DNA of 64,000 bases from Escherichia phage radambza: the sequence record MN850639.1; one strand, 5' to 3'. Under the pieces are notes generated by a model. It had not been told where the DNA came from, made no database searches, and saw only the letters and a program-made list of their open reading frames with translations. A program made the translations under genes and the position numbers. Shown one piece after another: positions 55,100-64,000 of the stretch. Within the stretch, counting starts at the first letter, position 1; the number at the start of each line of letters is the position of its first letter.

Positions 55100-56172
55100 T
55101 AAGGAACCTCTAAAAATCCACTATTCAAATCATCTACAACAGTATTCAATAGGTACGCACCATTCTGTTGCTCCTGATTAGCATTCTGCTCTTTATCAAT
55201 TTCCATCTTCTTAATCATGTACTTCAAAGGTGGTTCTTTAGGAGCTACAAAATCTCTTTGAATGCCAAACATGTCATACAGTGGGGCAGCATTATAGTAA
55301 ACCCACTCATGAAGAAGCTTTGTATTTAAGCCAACTACAGCACGTCCTTCGGAGAAGATATAATACGACCATTTCTCTTCACTTTCAACTACTTCATCTA
55401 AGATTACTTTAATCTCTGGAAGAATTTGTTGAAAAGCTTTCTGCCACTCATCATCTCTTAAAGTTTCTTTTAAAACTTCAATATCAATTTTAGTGTGAAG
55501 GATTTCGTCAAGCATAATTTTCTGTACCGCTTGAGCAATACCCTGAAATTTATCTTGAGCATCAAGTGCAAAAGTACATGCAAAGGATGCCATAAAAGAT
55601 ATACCTTCCAGTGCAGTCACTGCAAATAGACCTTTCAGAATCACTTTATGGAAGTGTAAAGGGTCTTTGTCCAGAAGTGAATCACGGACATAACTCAGTC
55701 GGTAGTTTATCCCTTCATCCAGTAATTCTTCAAGAATACGATTCACAGTTTTTAATCGGTCTTGCACAGCAACATTCTGGTTAATCTCATCTAAGATTGT
55801 TTCAGGGTTTTTAATACATTGTCTTACAATCTCTGAGTAAGTAAGAGCATGTAGGTTTTCAATCTCAGATTGCTTCATAATTGCAGTTGCATAGATGTCA
55901 TCAGAGATAAAGGGTGCAAAGGCAAATGCCAAGCTCTTAGCAACTTGAGTGTCTGCTTCCCATTGCCACTTAAGAATCTCAAGCATTACACCTGACATTG
56001 ATGCTGGGACACTCTCAAAATCAAGACGTGATTGTTCAAAAGGGAACTCATCTTCTGACCAATCTTGTGCTTTTTGTTGTTTATAAAGCTCAAAGATTTT
56101 TGGGTAGTGCTTATTAAGTGAGTCAAAAGTTTTTCTCTCACCACCTAAAAAGATTGGGTGCTGGTTAATCAT
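55099..56172 (-). CDS. nrdB: ribonucleotide reductase small subunit (class Ia)
   Basis: ORF-track TTG start at 56232 trimmed to ATG at 56170-56172 with AAGGAG SD; paired with nrdA. Confidence 0.85.
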   Translation of the reverse strand: MINQHPIFLGGERKTFDSLNKHYPKIFELYKQQKAQDWSEDEFPFEQSRLDFESVPASMSGVMLEILKWQWEADTQVAKSLAFAFAPFISDDIYATAIMKQSEIENLHALTYSEIVRQCIKNPETILDEINQNVAVQDRLKTVNRILEELLDEGINYRLSYVRDSLLDKDPLHFHKVILKGLFAVTALEGISFMASFACTFALDAQDKFQGIAQAVQKIMLDEILHTKIDIEVLKETLRDDEWQKAFQQILPEIKVILDEVVESEEKWSYYIFSEGRAVVGLNTKLLHEWVYYNAAPLYDMFGIQRDFVAPKEPPLKYMIKKMEIDKEQNANQEQQNGAYLLNTVVDDLNSGFLEVP

Positions 56173-56426
56173 AGCGTGATTTCTCCTTTCTTTATCATTT
56201 CTAAGGCTTGTTTTCTGTCTAAAACTTCCCAATTTTCTTTGTTAAACATCTCATAAGGTCTTGCATAGATTTTACCATCTGCTGTAGAGATGTAAGAGGC
56301 TCCAGTGACCCATAAGTCATTATTCTGCTTTATCATGATACCTGTGCTGCTCACATAGTACAATGCTTTGCGGGGTTTGTAGAGCAAGTATATTGGTCGC
56401 TCATGTTTTTCTATTAAATCTTTCAT
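56169..56426 (-). CDS. hypothetical protein between nrdA and nrdB (start uncertain)
   Basis: ORF-track 113-aa ORF overlaps nrdA 3' end; trimmed to ATG MKDLIEKH... with GGAGAG SD. Confidence 0.4.
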   Translation of the reverse strand: MKDLIEKHERPIYLLYKPRKALYYVSSTGIMIKQNNDLWVTGASYISTADGKIYARPYEMFNKENWEVLDRKQALEMIKKGEITL

Positions 56427-56481
56427 GGTCTCTCCAAAGTTATTTTTAGAGGGTCTTTTACGACCCTCATAGTTGTTAAAA

Positions 56482-58716
56482 CTAAACACCACATCCCTCG
56501 CAATAAGCATCTTGCAGTGCAGATTTACCTACACCAATGCGACTGTTAAGGTAGTACATGGTTTTCATACCTACAGAGTTGGCATAAATCATGTACTTCA
56601 AAGCTTGAGCCAATGATACCTTCTTAGACTTTGCATAGTCAACATAGAAGTCTGAAGAGATAGCTTGACCAGTGAACTTTTGAACAATTGCATAACAATC
56701 AATCAGGTCAAAGGTGTCAATACCCCAAGCAATTTCATATACATACTTCAACTCTTCATAATCTGGAACAATAAACAGTACGTTACCAGTTGCAGACTTT
56801 TTAGTTAAAATAAAGTCACGAATTGGGTACAAGCCATTTGTCGTATTAGTTGCTAGTGAAGAACTCTCATTAGGCATGTAAGCTTCTAATACAGAGTTTC
56901 GGATTCCACCATTTTCTTTGATACGTTGTGCTAAGTCATCCCAATCATATCGTAGTTTTGCATCATGCTTTTCATCAATCTTCTTGTTAGCTGTCTTTGG
57001 AGGAACCCAGCCTTCAGGATACTTAGTGAACTTCATGTACTCTGGAACGCCACGCTCTTTAGCAAGTCTCAGAGAGGCTTCATGCAGATAGTAAGAGTGC
57101 ATCTCTGCAAGTTCATGAAGTTTCGTTTTACCTGCTCGTGAAGAGTAGTTCACGTAGTTCTTCGCAAGGTAATGAGCCACATTTGTAAGGCCAATCCCAA
57201 CAGAACGACGCTTCTGAACATGGTTACGCATCGACGGATACGGATAATCCATAAGGTCAATAACGGAGTCAACCATTGCAAGAGCATAATAAGCAACGTC
57301 AGCGTATTCATCTTCTGAAATTCTCCCTGCAACCAAACTAGCTAGGAAGCAAAGAGCCACCTCACCATCCTCTTTCACAGCATCGTCTCTGTAAAGGTCT
57401 GTCTCTTTCTCAAAACCATACACTGGCAATACAATTTCCATACAAAGATTTGACATCTTCAATGGTTCTTTAAATGGTGTATGTGTGTTTGCATTGTTAG
57501 TGAAGAATGGATACACACGACCTGTAGCATAACGCTGTTGAATAAACAGCTTAGCAATTTCACGAGCCTTTACTCGTCTGTGCTTAACTCCTGAATGTAC
57601 TGCGTGACCAACTGCCATAGCAAACTCATCAGCAGATGCTGTGTAGAACATGTCATAGAGTTTTGGTGCATCTTTGTAAGAGAATAGCAACCAATCTGTA
57701 TCATACTGAACACACTGCCAGAAGTAATCGTTTGTGCCGAATGAGTAGTCCATCTCGTTAATACGTTTAGAAGGAACCGTTGTAGGGTGCTTCAAACGCA
57801 GTAAATCTTCAATCTGCGGGTCTAGAGCAGTGTAGAAGTTATTAGCTGAACCACCACGACTCTTCTGTTTGTTTGCCTCTACAGATGAACGTACAAGTTT
57901 GTAATAAGGTAGTTTACCCATGTGCTCAATCGTATTTTGACGGATACCATCACCAATAGTGCGAGTCTCCATCAGCATACCAATACCAGCTTGCTTTGTA
58001 GTCATATCATAAGCAACCTTTGCAGCAATACCAAGTGATTCAGCAGTATCGTTTGCCTTAATCAAGCAGCATGACGCATAACCTGATTTAGTTGCTCTTA
58101 AACCGTTTAAATAAGGCGTAGGAGCGTTAATCTTCAGGTCAGATAGGTAAGTGTACAGCTTGATAACATCTTGCAGTCTACGGTGCTTTGGTTGCTTCTC
58201 AAAAGCTTTCATAGCCATACCCATAAACATAAATTGTGGTGACTCAAAAAGTCTTCCCGTTTTAATATCACGGATACCATACTTGTCTCTGAACTGTTTC
58301 AAGACTGCATAACCGTAAGAGATATCTTTTGAGTGTACGATGTAACCTTGCAGGTATTCAAGCTCTTCCTGTGAATAATCCATCTTCTCCCAAAGTCCTG
58401 CTCTCTCCATATTTTTAACGAAGGTAACCAGCGTAGGAACCTTAGTAAAGCCTCCAAAGGCTTCTTTGTAGATAATACCCAAAAGCAGTCGTCCAGCCAT
58501 ATCTGAGTACTCTTGAGTTTGTTTATCAACACAAACATCAATCATGGCTTGGTGCATCTCTTTTGTAGTGCAACCCTCATAGACACGTTTCATGGCTTCC
58601 ATAGTGACTTCTGACCAGATAATCCCACGTTTATCTGCCCATGATGCCCACTTATTCAGTCTTTCTGGGTCAAAGCTTACTACTGTACCGTTTGATTTTT
58701 TAATTGTCTTAATCAT
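56482..58716 (-). CDS. nrdA: ribonucleotide reductase large subunit (class Ia)
   Basis: 744 aa; ATP-cone-like N-terminus, catalytic NLCMEI region, C-terminal redox Cys pair (CEGCGV). Confidence 0.9.
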   Translation of the reverse strand: MIKTIKKSNGTVVSFDPERLNKWASWADKRGIIWSEVTMEAMKRVYEGCTTKEMHQAMIDVCVDKQTQEYSDMAGRLLLGIIYKEAFGGFTKVPTLVTFVKNMERAGLWEKMDYSQEELEYLQGYIVHSKDISYGYAVLKQFRDKYGIRDIKTGRLFESPQFMFMGMAMKAFEKQPKHRRLQDVIKLYTYLSDLKINAPTPYLNGLRATKSGYASCCLIKANDTAESLGIAAKVAYDMTTKQAGIGMLMETRTIGDGIRQNTIEHMGKLPYYKLVRSSVEANKQKSRGGSANNFYTALDPQIEDLLRLKHPTTVPSKRINEMDYSFGTNDYFWQCVQYDTDWLLFSYKDAPKLYDMFYTASADEFAMAVGHAVHSGVKHRRVKAREIAKLFIQQRYATGRVYPFFTNNANTHTPFKEPLKMSNLCMEIVLPVYGFEKETDLYRDDAVKEDGEVALCFLASLVAGRISEDEYADVAYYALAMVDSVIDLMDYPYPSMRNHVQKRRSVGIGLTNVAHYLAKNYVNYSSRAGKTKLHELAEMHSYYLHEASLRLAKERGVPEYMKFTKYPEGWVPPKTANKKIDEKHDAKLRYDWDDLAQRIKENGGIRNSVLEAYMPNESSSLATNTTNGLYPIRDFILTKKSATGNVLFIVPDYEELKYVYEIAWGIDTFDLIDCYAIVQKFTGQAISSDFYVDYAKSKKVSLAQALKYMIYANSVGMKTMYYLNSRIGVGKSALQDAYCEGCGV

Positions 58717-58744
58717 TTTTGAATCCTACAGATGAAAATAGCCT

Positions 58745-58765
58745 CCGAAGAGGCTCCATAGTTTA
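58745..58765 (-). terminator. rho-independent terminator (minus strand)
   Basis: AGCCTC-cgaa-GAGGCT hairpin with flanking A/T runs. Confidence 0.5.
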
Positions 58766-59098
58766 AATCTTGAAAATTTGCTCATTCTGCCACATATCGT
58801 AAAACTTATCACTTACTTTTGTGACTGACGAGGTGTGCATACAATTTAGGAACCATGATGGTGCGCTAGCATCCATAATTGTTTCAAGTTTTTGTGTAAC
58901 GTTCACATCCATGTCTGCAACAACGTAATTACCTCTCATCTTGCAAACAATTCTTCCAAACAAGATTGCACTTCTACCTCTTCGGTCATCACAGTACATG
59001 ACTGTGTCTCCGTGCTTAACATCTTGTCCGATACTATCAACACCTAACTTAGCACCTGAGATAATGTCATCATAAGATAGCTTTTTTGCTTTAGACAC
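58763..59098 (-). CDS. hypothetical protein
   Basis: 111-aa ORF. Confidence 0.45.
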   Translation of the reverse strand: MSKAKKLSYDDIISGAKLGVDSIGQDVKHGDTVMYCDDRRGRSAILFGRIVCKMRGNYVVADMDVNVTQKLETIMDASAPSWFLNCMHTSSVTKVSDKFYDMWQNEQIFKI

Positions 59099-59423
59099 GG
59101 TATTTCTCCAAGTTTCTTTTCAGATACAGCCAACCATAGTCAGTCCTTTCTACACCCATAAAGAGCGGAGCCATCACAACTTTACCAAAAGTATTCCTGT
59201 GTTGGCAGATTTCAAAAGAATACTCTTTCTCAATGTCAATCCCGTATTTGTACAGGACTGCTTTTAAAACTTGTTCATTATCCAGAAGTGTATCTGGAGT
59301 CTCACCATACTTTTCAAGTAACGGGTCATTCATAAACACCGTCATAGAAATATTGTAGTTTGAGAAGTGGCTCTTCTGAGCCACACCCTCTTTATTAATG
59401 TTCTGTGAATCCATTATAACCAA
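59091..59423 (-). CDS. hypothetical protein
   Basis: 110-aa ORF. Confidence 0.45.
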   Translation of the reverse strand: MVIMDSQNINKEGVAQKSHFSNYNISMTVFMNDPLLEKYGETPDTLLDNEQVLKAVLYKYGIDIEKEYSFEICQHRNTFGKVVMAPLFMGVERTDYGWLYLKRNLEKYRV

Positions 59424-60150
59424 CCCCTTTTAACCAGCACTTCAGGTTATTAGCATCATAATTCAGTTTCGGGTATGAGGTTACATGGAACTGCTCACCA
59501 TCATAGTAGACAATATCTGCAATCCATAGTCCGTTCTCTTTACAGAAGTCTTTATCTGCTTTAGAGGTAATTGGATTAACTTCTACAAAACCATCTACAC
59601 CCAAATCCTTTAAGCTACCTACAATACCTTTGCAGATAACGCATGTCTCAGATACTACCACAAAAAGTTCTTGGCTTTCAAGCTCTACAATGTATTCACC
59701 AAGCTGTACTTTAGGGAGATTTGATTGCTTCATAATCTTCCCATCGGCTGCACGGACAATCGCATACCACTCTTTACCATCAACCACTGACATTCTGATG
59801 ATACACTCTTGACCAGTACGCTTCTCAACATCTGCAAGACGTTTTAAAGCTTCTTCATAGTCATCTGTGTACTTCAGGTCATTATTATGGCAAACAGCTT
59901 TCATAGCACCATTGTGGTCATGTTGTGACAGGTAAATCAAACCGTCAAGAACATATTGCAAATCTGCCTGAGCATCCAGTGTCTCAATGGGGTCTTTCTC
60001 TTCAATTGCTTTTACAAGCTCTTTTGCTTCTTCAAGCATACACAGAGATTGAGATTTTAAAGATTCCCAATACTCATTACTGTAAGGTTGCTTTTGAGTG
60101 TTTCCACAACGAAGGTTCCAGTTTTTTACTGATTCTCTTGAGTTAAACAT
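59395..60150 (-). CDS. protein with MazG-like nucleotide pyrophosphohydrolase N-domain (tentative)
   Basis: 251 aa; EEAKELVKAIEEKDPIETLDAQADLQYVLDGLIY resembles the MazG EExxE...D motif. Confidence 0.4.
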   Translation of the reverse strand: MFNSRESVKNWNLRCGNTQKQPYSNEYWESLKSQSLCMLEEAKELVKAIEEKDPIETLDAQADLQYVLDGLIYLSQHDHNGAMKAVCHNNDLKYTDDYEEALKRLADVEKRTGQECIIRMSVVDGKEWYAIVRAADGKIMKQSNLPKVQLGEYIVELESQELFVVVSETCVICKGIVGSLKDLGVDGFVEVNPITSKADKDFCKENGLWIADIVYYDGEQFHVTSYPKLNYDANNLKCWLKGVGYNGFTEH

Positions 60151-60389
60151 TCGGACTCCTTAAAATATCTGTTAACTTTTAGCTCTCGTGTTTCAATATA
60201 TTCTAGATGCTCACGTAGCTCTTGGCGTTTAAGCATTAGGTGCTGCATTTGTGATTCAACAGCTTCAACTTCTTTAATTATTGATTCTCTAGCATTTGCA
60301 AGAATGCGCTCAAGTTCTTCAATCTTACTGTCAACTTTTGCTACATGACTCACAGCTTTGCTTTTGTTAAACATTTTATTCTCTCTCAA
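60126..60389 (-). CDS. small coiled-coil protein
   Basis: 87-aa ORF, heptad-like charged pattern. Confidence 0.4.
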   Translation of the reverse strand: MRENKMFNKSKAVSHVAKVDSKIEELERILANARESIIKEVEAVESQMQHLMLKRQELREHLEYIETRELKVNRYFKESECLTQENQ

Positions 60390-60395
60390 TAGTTA

Positions 60396-60896
60396 TCAAG
60401 CACAATTTGCTTTCATTACCTTATGGATTCTTTTTTCAGCATCTTCATAAGTTTCTTTAGTAATAAACTTAATTGCTGCAATATTGGCATTGTAGAAGAG
60501 TCTGAGCTTCGAGTCAATCCTTTTTGTCATTACATCGAATTTATGTTGAAGGTTTGCTTCACCATAGACTAGGCCACCTTTTGTGTAGTAGGTCTGAATA
60601 ATGTAAAAGTCAAAAAATTCTTTTCCAAAGCTCTCAATATCTTTTTTAATATACTCAGAAGAAGTCTCATAAGTCATCCAATCACTCTCCTTAGTGACTA
60701 CCTTCTTCCGAGTCTTCCCAGCAACTTTTCTTTTGGTCACACTGTTAAGCTGTTTCTTACCCAAATAGTACTGTCCAGTCTTTTTACAGTACACTAGGTA
60801 GACAAAACCAAAGTGCTTTGCTGGGTCAACTTCACCACATAGTGAAATCCAGTGACCATAAGTGGGGCAACTCCCAAAACCTTTAACTTTAATCAT
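60396..60896 (-). CDS. GIY-YIG nuclease domain protein (homing endonuclease-like)
   Basis: 166 aa; FGFVYLVYCKKTGQYYLGKK matches GIY...YIG spacing; ATGA overlap with upstream HNH gene. Confidence 0.6.
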   Translation of the reverse strand: MIKVKGFGSCPTYGHWISLCGEVDPAKHFGFVYLVYCKKTGQYYLGKKQLNSVTKRKVAGKTRKKVVTKESDWMTYETSSEYIKKDIESFGKEFFDFYIIQTYYTKGGLVYGEANLQHKFDVMTKRIDSKLRLFYNANIAAIKFITKETYEDAEKRIHKVMKANCA

Positions 60897-61393
60897 TCAT
60901 AAGCTTCTCCGTGATTTGTAAACTCTCTATGGAGTTCTTCTCTTTTCTTTTTGACAACTGCTTCAGCCTCAGCAACAGAGTCAAATAGACCTAGATGGTA
61001 GCAAACTTTATTATGCTTAACTTGTGCAGCCCATCTACCTCTTTGCTTGTGGTAATATACACCCTTCACGCCAGACTTATTATCTCTTCTTTTGACTGCA
61101 TTACAGTTGTTGTCTGACCTACTACACTCTCTCAAATTGTCGAACCAGTTGTCGCATCTGATACAATTCTTATGGTCAACAAATTTTGGGAGGTATCCTT
61201 TCATATACAAGAATGCCAGCCTGTGTGCTGCATATCTTTTTCCGAAGAGTTTTATATAGATATAGCCGCTATGGTGTTTCAAACCTGCTACTGAGCCAGC
61301 TTTGGCCTTACCTTTTCTATCAACTAACCAAGTAAAGACCCCTGTTTCGGGGTCATAGTGCAGGTACTCTTTAAGAGTTTGTTGAGTTAACAT
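60893..61393 (-). CDS. HNH homing endonuclease with AP2-type domain
   Basis: YDPETGVFTW, VDHKN...N HNH motif, SGVKGVYYHKQRGRWAAQV AP2-like; ORF-track TTG start trimmed to ATG at 61391-61393 with GGTGGA SD. Confidence 0.75.
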   Translation of the reverse strand: MLTQQTLKEYLHYDPETGVFTWLVDRKGKAKAGSVAGLKHHSGYIYIKLFGKRYAAHRLAFLYMKGYLPKFVDHKNCIRCDNWFDNLRECSRSDNNCNAVKRRDNKSGVKGVYYHKQRGRWAAQVKHNKVCYHLGLFDSVAEAEAVVKKKREELHREFTNHGEAYE

Positions 61394-62417
61394 TTGGTGT
61401 CCACCCATACTTATCAAAAGTAAAATCGTCTTTTTTATTTCTTTCCTGATAAGCTAAGAAAAAGTGTTGCTGCATTAATTCTAAAGGTGTTCTGGTAATT
61501 GTTTGACCATCCCATGATACATAAGTGTAGGAGTCTTTCTTAGCATATAGCTCGTAAATTGCATCAAGACACTCTTTGTAAGTTGTTTTCCCTTCAAGAG
61601 CCTTCATCACAGCAGCTTTGCCAACACCCTTTAAACCAAAGTAATTATCCGCATTATCACCAGCCACAGCTTGATAGCAAAGAAATTTAAAACCTACACC
61701 AACTGTCTTCTTAGCTTTTGGTGTCGATTTTATTGGACAATCCCAAATTTCACCAACGTTGTTATCAGCAATGAAAATTAAAGGTGATTTTTCATAGGTC
61801 ATATCAATGCAGTAAGTACCTTCAGCTTGGCGAAGGTCTTTATCAATACTCATTAAGGCGGCCTTTTTTCCCATCTTTTCAGCTTTAGCGATAACGATAG
61901 AGTCAGCTTCAAATCCATCAAGAATCAATTTGAACTCTGGTCTTGACAGAAGATACTCACGACAAGCAACCAAGTGTGTTGGTGTGACAGCATCTTTACG
62001 GTTACCTTGATATTGGTGCTCAAGACCTTTAATGTCTTTATGTTTATGCACACCTTTCTCTGTTAAATAACCTACCCAAGTTCTCTCTTTACCAACAATC
62101 TTAAGCCATTCCTGAAGCACCTGTTGAGTAGCCATGATAGCTTCTTTTTCACTCTTAGCTTCTTTCCAAGTCTGTCTTTCCCATTCATCTTCATCAAATG
62201 TCAGGCCAAGTTCTTCCACAAGGATTCTCTGGTCTGCTAACCATCTTGCAGCATCTTTCGCATTATCAAATGGTTCAGATTCTTCTGCTGTGAGTTTATT
62301 GACATATTTATATTTTGCTTTCTCAACTACACAAGCACCTTTATAGGCAATACTGTCAGAGTCAATAAAGACATGTGTAACTGAATCGGGAAGCTTTGTT
62401 AATGTGTACTTCTCCAT
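61371..62417 (-). CDS. 5'-3' exonuclease / flap endonuclease (RNase H-like)
   Basis: 348 aa; VFIDSDSIAYKG N-terminal motif and AVAGDNADNYFGLKGVGKAAVMKAL helix-hairpin-helix block. Confidence 0.8.
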   Translation of the reverse strand: MEKYTLTKLPDSVTHVFIDSDSIAYKGACVVEKAKYKYVNKLTAEESEPFDNAKDAARWLADQRILVEELGLTFDEDEWERQTWKEAKSEKEAIMATQQVLQEWLKIVGKERTWVGYLTEKGVHKHKDIKGLEHQYQGNRKDAVTPTHLVACREYLLSRPEFKLILDGFEADSIVIAKAEKMGKKAALMSIDKDLRQAEGTYCIDMTYEKSPLIFIADNNVGEIWDCPIKSTPKAKKTVGVGFKFLCYQAVAGDNADNYFGLKGVGKAAVMKALEGKTTYKECLDAIYELYAKKDSYTYVSWDGQTITRTPLELMQQHFFLAYQERNKKDDFTFDKYGWTPNVNSTNS

Positions 62418-62479
62418 TATGGCTCTCCATATGAAAAAGCCCCATACTAAGTACAGGGCTTTAAAGTAACTTTTAGAGA

Positions 62480-63328
62480 TTAGTCTTCTGTATCGAAGTC
62501 TTCATCATCTGGGTCTGGCAAATCTTCATCATCACCATCATCAGACTCATTCGAAGATTTATGGTCTGTTGCGTCTTCTTCAGTGATTTCACCGTTATCT
62601 TCGACACCATCAAGACCAAGCATAGCCAGTTCGTCTTCATCCAGTTCAGGTTCACCGTTAGCACCGTTACCACCAGTGTAAGGTACAAGAGTATCAATGA
62701 TAAACTGTTCCTGAATAGGTTTTGTCAGAACATTGTTCTCAAAAGTGTAGAAGTGAGTAGAAAGAATCACACTACCAAAAGAACCGTTGCCAACTGCAAT
62801 ATCTGGATGAATTACATCATAGTTCTTATCATCTTCATGTTTATCAGATGCTTGAGCTTTGATTTTCTTCATCGGCTGCTTAACAGCTACACGCTTACCA
62901 TTTACTTCTTCAATAAGCATAACAGGGAATGACTGTTTAGCTGTCCATACAGCACCATCTTTATAAGCTGCTGCACGACTTACTTTCAAGATGTAGTAAG
63001 TGTCTGCTTCAAAAGGTGGTTTACAACCAAACTTCTCTTCGAAGTCGTCTGCATCAACTGCTTCAGTCGTGACTTTATCCCAGCCTTCTGGATTTTTCTT
63101 AGACTTAGTAAACTCTTTAAACAGTTTGTTACCGTCTTCTGCCAGAATTGATACACTGTAGTTACAGTCTTTGCCTGGGAATTTCTTATCAATAGACTTA
63201 CCTTTTCCCGGACGTGGTGAAGTGTTCAGGTAATAAAACCAGACATCTTTCAGCAGGTAACGCAGAGTTTGGCGTTCAGTACCGTTGTACTTCTCTACCG
63301 GAGCTTTCATTTTAACAACTTTAGACAT
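62480..63328 (-). CDS. putative single-stranded DNA-binding protein
   Basis: 282 aa with strongly acidic C-terminal tail (DDEDLPDPDDEDFDTED); position among replication genes. Confidence 0.4.
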   Translation of the reverse strand: MSKVVKMKAPVEKYNGTERQTLRYLLKDVWFYYLNTSPRPGKGKSIDKKFPGKDCNYSVSILAEDGNKLFKEFTKSKKNPEGWDKVTTEAVDADDFEEKFGCKPPFEADTYYILKVSRAAAYKDGAVWTAKQSFPVMLIEEVNGKRVAVKQPMKKIKAQASDKHEDDKNYDVIHPDIAVGNGSFGSVILSTHFYTFENNVLTKPIQEQFIIDTLVPYTGGNGANGEPELDEDELAMLGLDGVEDNGEITEEDATDHKSSNESDDGDDEDLPDPDDEDFDTED

Positions 63329-63400
63329 TATTTAAACCTCTATCTCAATTTATGAAGAGTACCAATTCTAGTTTGTTGATACTCTATTGTCAAATACTAA

Positions 63401-63550
63401 TTACTGGAAGTTGTGCTTATCTTTAGAAGCTGCTTTACGTGCAGTTTTTCCAGTTCTTACACGTTTTTCTTCATAGTATTTTGCTGGTTTTCCAGCAGTG
63501 GCTTTTAAGGAATCCCCAAAAACTTTTTCAAATGCTTTAGAGTGTTTCAT
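63401..63550 (-). CDS. small basic protein (49 aa, not in ORF track)
   Basis: ATG with GGAGAA SD; ATGA overlap with stop of upstream ORF; MKHSKAFEKVFGDSLKATAGKPAKYYEEKRVRTGKTARKAASKDKHNFQ. Confidence 0.3.
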   Translation of the reverse strand: MKHSKAFEKVFGDSLKATAGKPAKYYEEKRVRTGKTARKAASKDKHNFQ

Positions 63551-63828
63551 GATATTCTCCGATATACTTGATATTCAAACACATTTTCTTTCATTATAAA
63601 CAGCCAACCAATATTATGCTGAGGTATAGTAATAGTGACTGTAATAATACTGTGATGGAAGTTTTCTTCTACCTCAACGCCTCCATCACATTTCATGCAG
63701 AGCATTCTATAGAACCTATCAATCTTTGTCAAACACTCTTCCTGAAATTTATTTAAACTTTTTTCTTCAAAGAAGGGTGTGAACCCCTCTCTTTTATAAC
63801 TATCACTCAGTTTCGAACGGGCAGTCAT
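63547..63828 (-). CDS. hypothetical protein (start uncertain)
   Basis: ORF-track 97-aa ORF; several possible ATG starts; start at 63826-63828 assumed. Confidence 0.35.
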   Translation of the reverse strand: MTARSKLSDSYKREGFTPFFEEKSLNKFQEECLTKIDRFYRMLCMKCDGGVEVEENFHHSIITVTITIPQHNIGWLFIMKENVFEYQVYRRIS

Positions 63829-64000
63829 CTGCATCCTCACTTAATACAGGTGGAATCGTTGAGCTTTGACGCTGCTCTTCAGTATAGACTTCACCAGTCT
63901 CACGGTCAAACACTTCATCCTCATAATGTGGCAAAGAGTCATCGTAATGGTCTTCAGCTTCACCAATACCAAACTGCTGGCGAATGTTTTCTGCTGCACC
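63803..64000 (-). CDS. acidic protein, C-terminal part only (gene starts beyond window end)
   Basis: Minus-strand frame open from window edge to TGA at 63803-63805 (...EDADDCPFETE). Confidence 0.4.
   Translation of the reverse strand, partial: GAAENIRQQFGIGEAEDHYDDSLPHYEDEVFDRETGEVYTEEQRQSSTIPPVLSEDADDCPFETE

Noticed and set aside
50606-58716. Group I introns interrupting nrdA, nrdB or nrdD
   Set aside because: All three reading frames are continuous at full expected length; the homing endonuclease genes are free-standing between genes.

Overview
This 64-kb window is a segment of a tailed dsDNA phage genome, almost entirely coding, AT-rich, with most genes on the minus strand. Gene content (tail sheath and tube, class Ia plus class III ribonucleotide reductase, rIIA/rIIB, a Nampt-like/Prs-like pair, a large tRNA cluster, many homing endonucleases) suggests a virulent myovirus of the Felix O1-like kind; that lineage call is inference only. 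Layout: 1-14.8 kb packaging, head and tail morphogenesis module (minus strand); 15.0-20.4 kb cluster of about 26 tRNA genes interrupted by two ORFs, one HNH endonuclease and several non-tRNA structured spacers; 20.5-22.4 kb vWA-domain protein and a small basic protein; 22.6-30.5 kb plus-strand operon of about 18 small genes including an Ig-like-repeat protein and a lysozyme; 30.6-32.2 kb non-coding region packed with helically phased TAACA(A/G) repeats; 32.2-37.0 kb array of small minus-strand ORFs, nine of them behind a near-identical promoter/hairpin/RBS cassette; 37.0-37.4 kb repeat-rich spacer; 37.4-45.3 kb macro-domain protein, overlapped spanin pair, HAD hydrolase, secreted transglycosylase, rIIB, rIIA; 45.7-64 kb Nampt-like and Prs-like genes split by an HNH endonuclease, nrdG/nrdD/grx/nrdB/nrdA, more homing endonucleases, a 5'-3' exonuclease and an SSB-like protein. 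All calls come from reading the sequence and the ORF track by eye; no searches or folding programs were run, so tRNA anticodons and protein families are manual assignments. Several ORF-track starts are TTG/GTG extensions and were trimmed to the first ATG with a Shine-Dalgarno or to avoid an overlapping tRNA.
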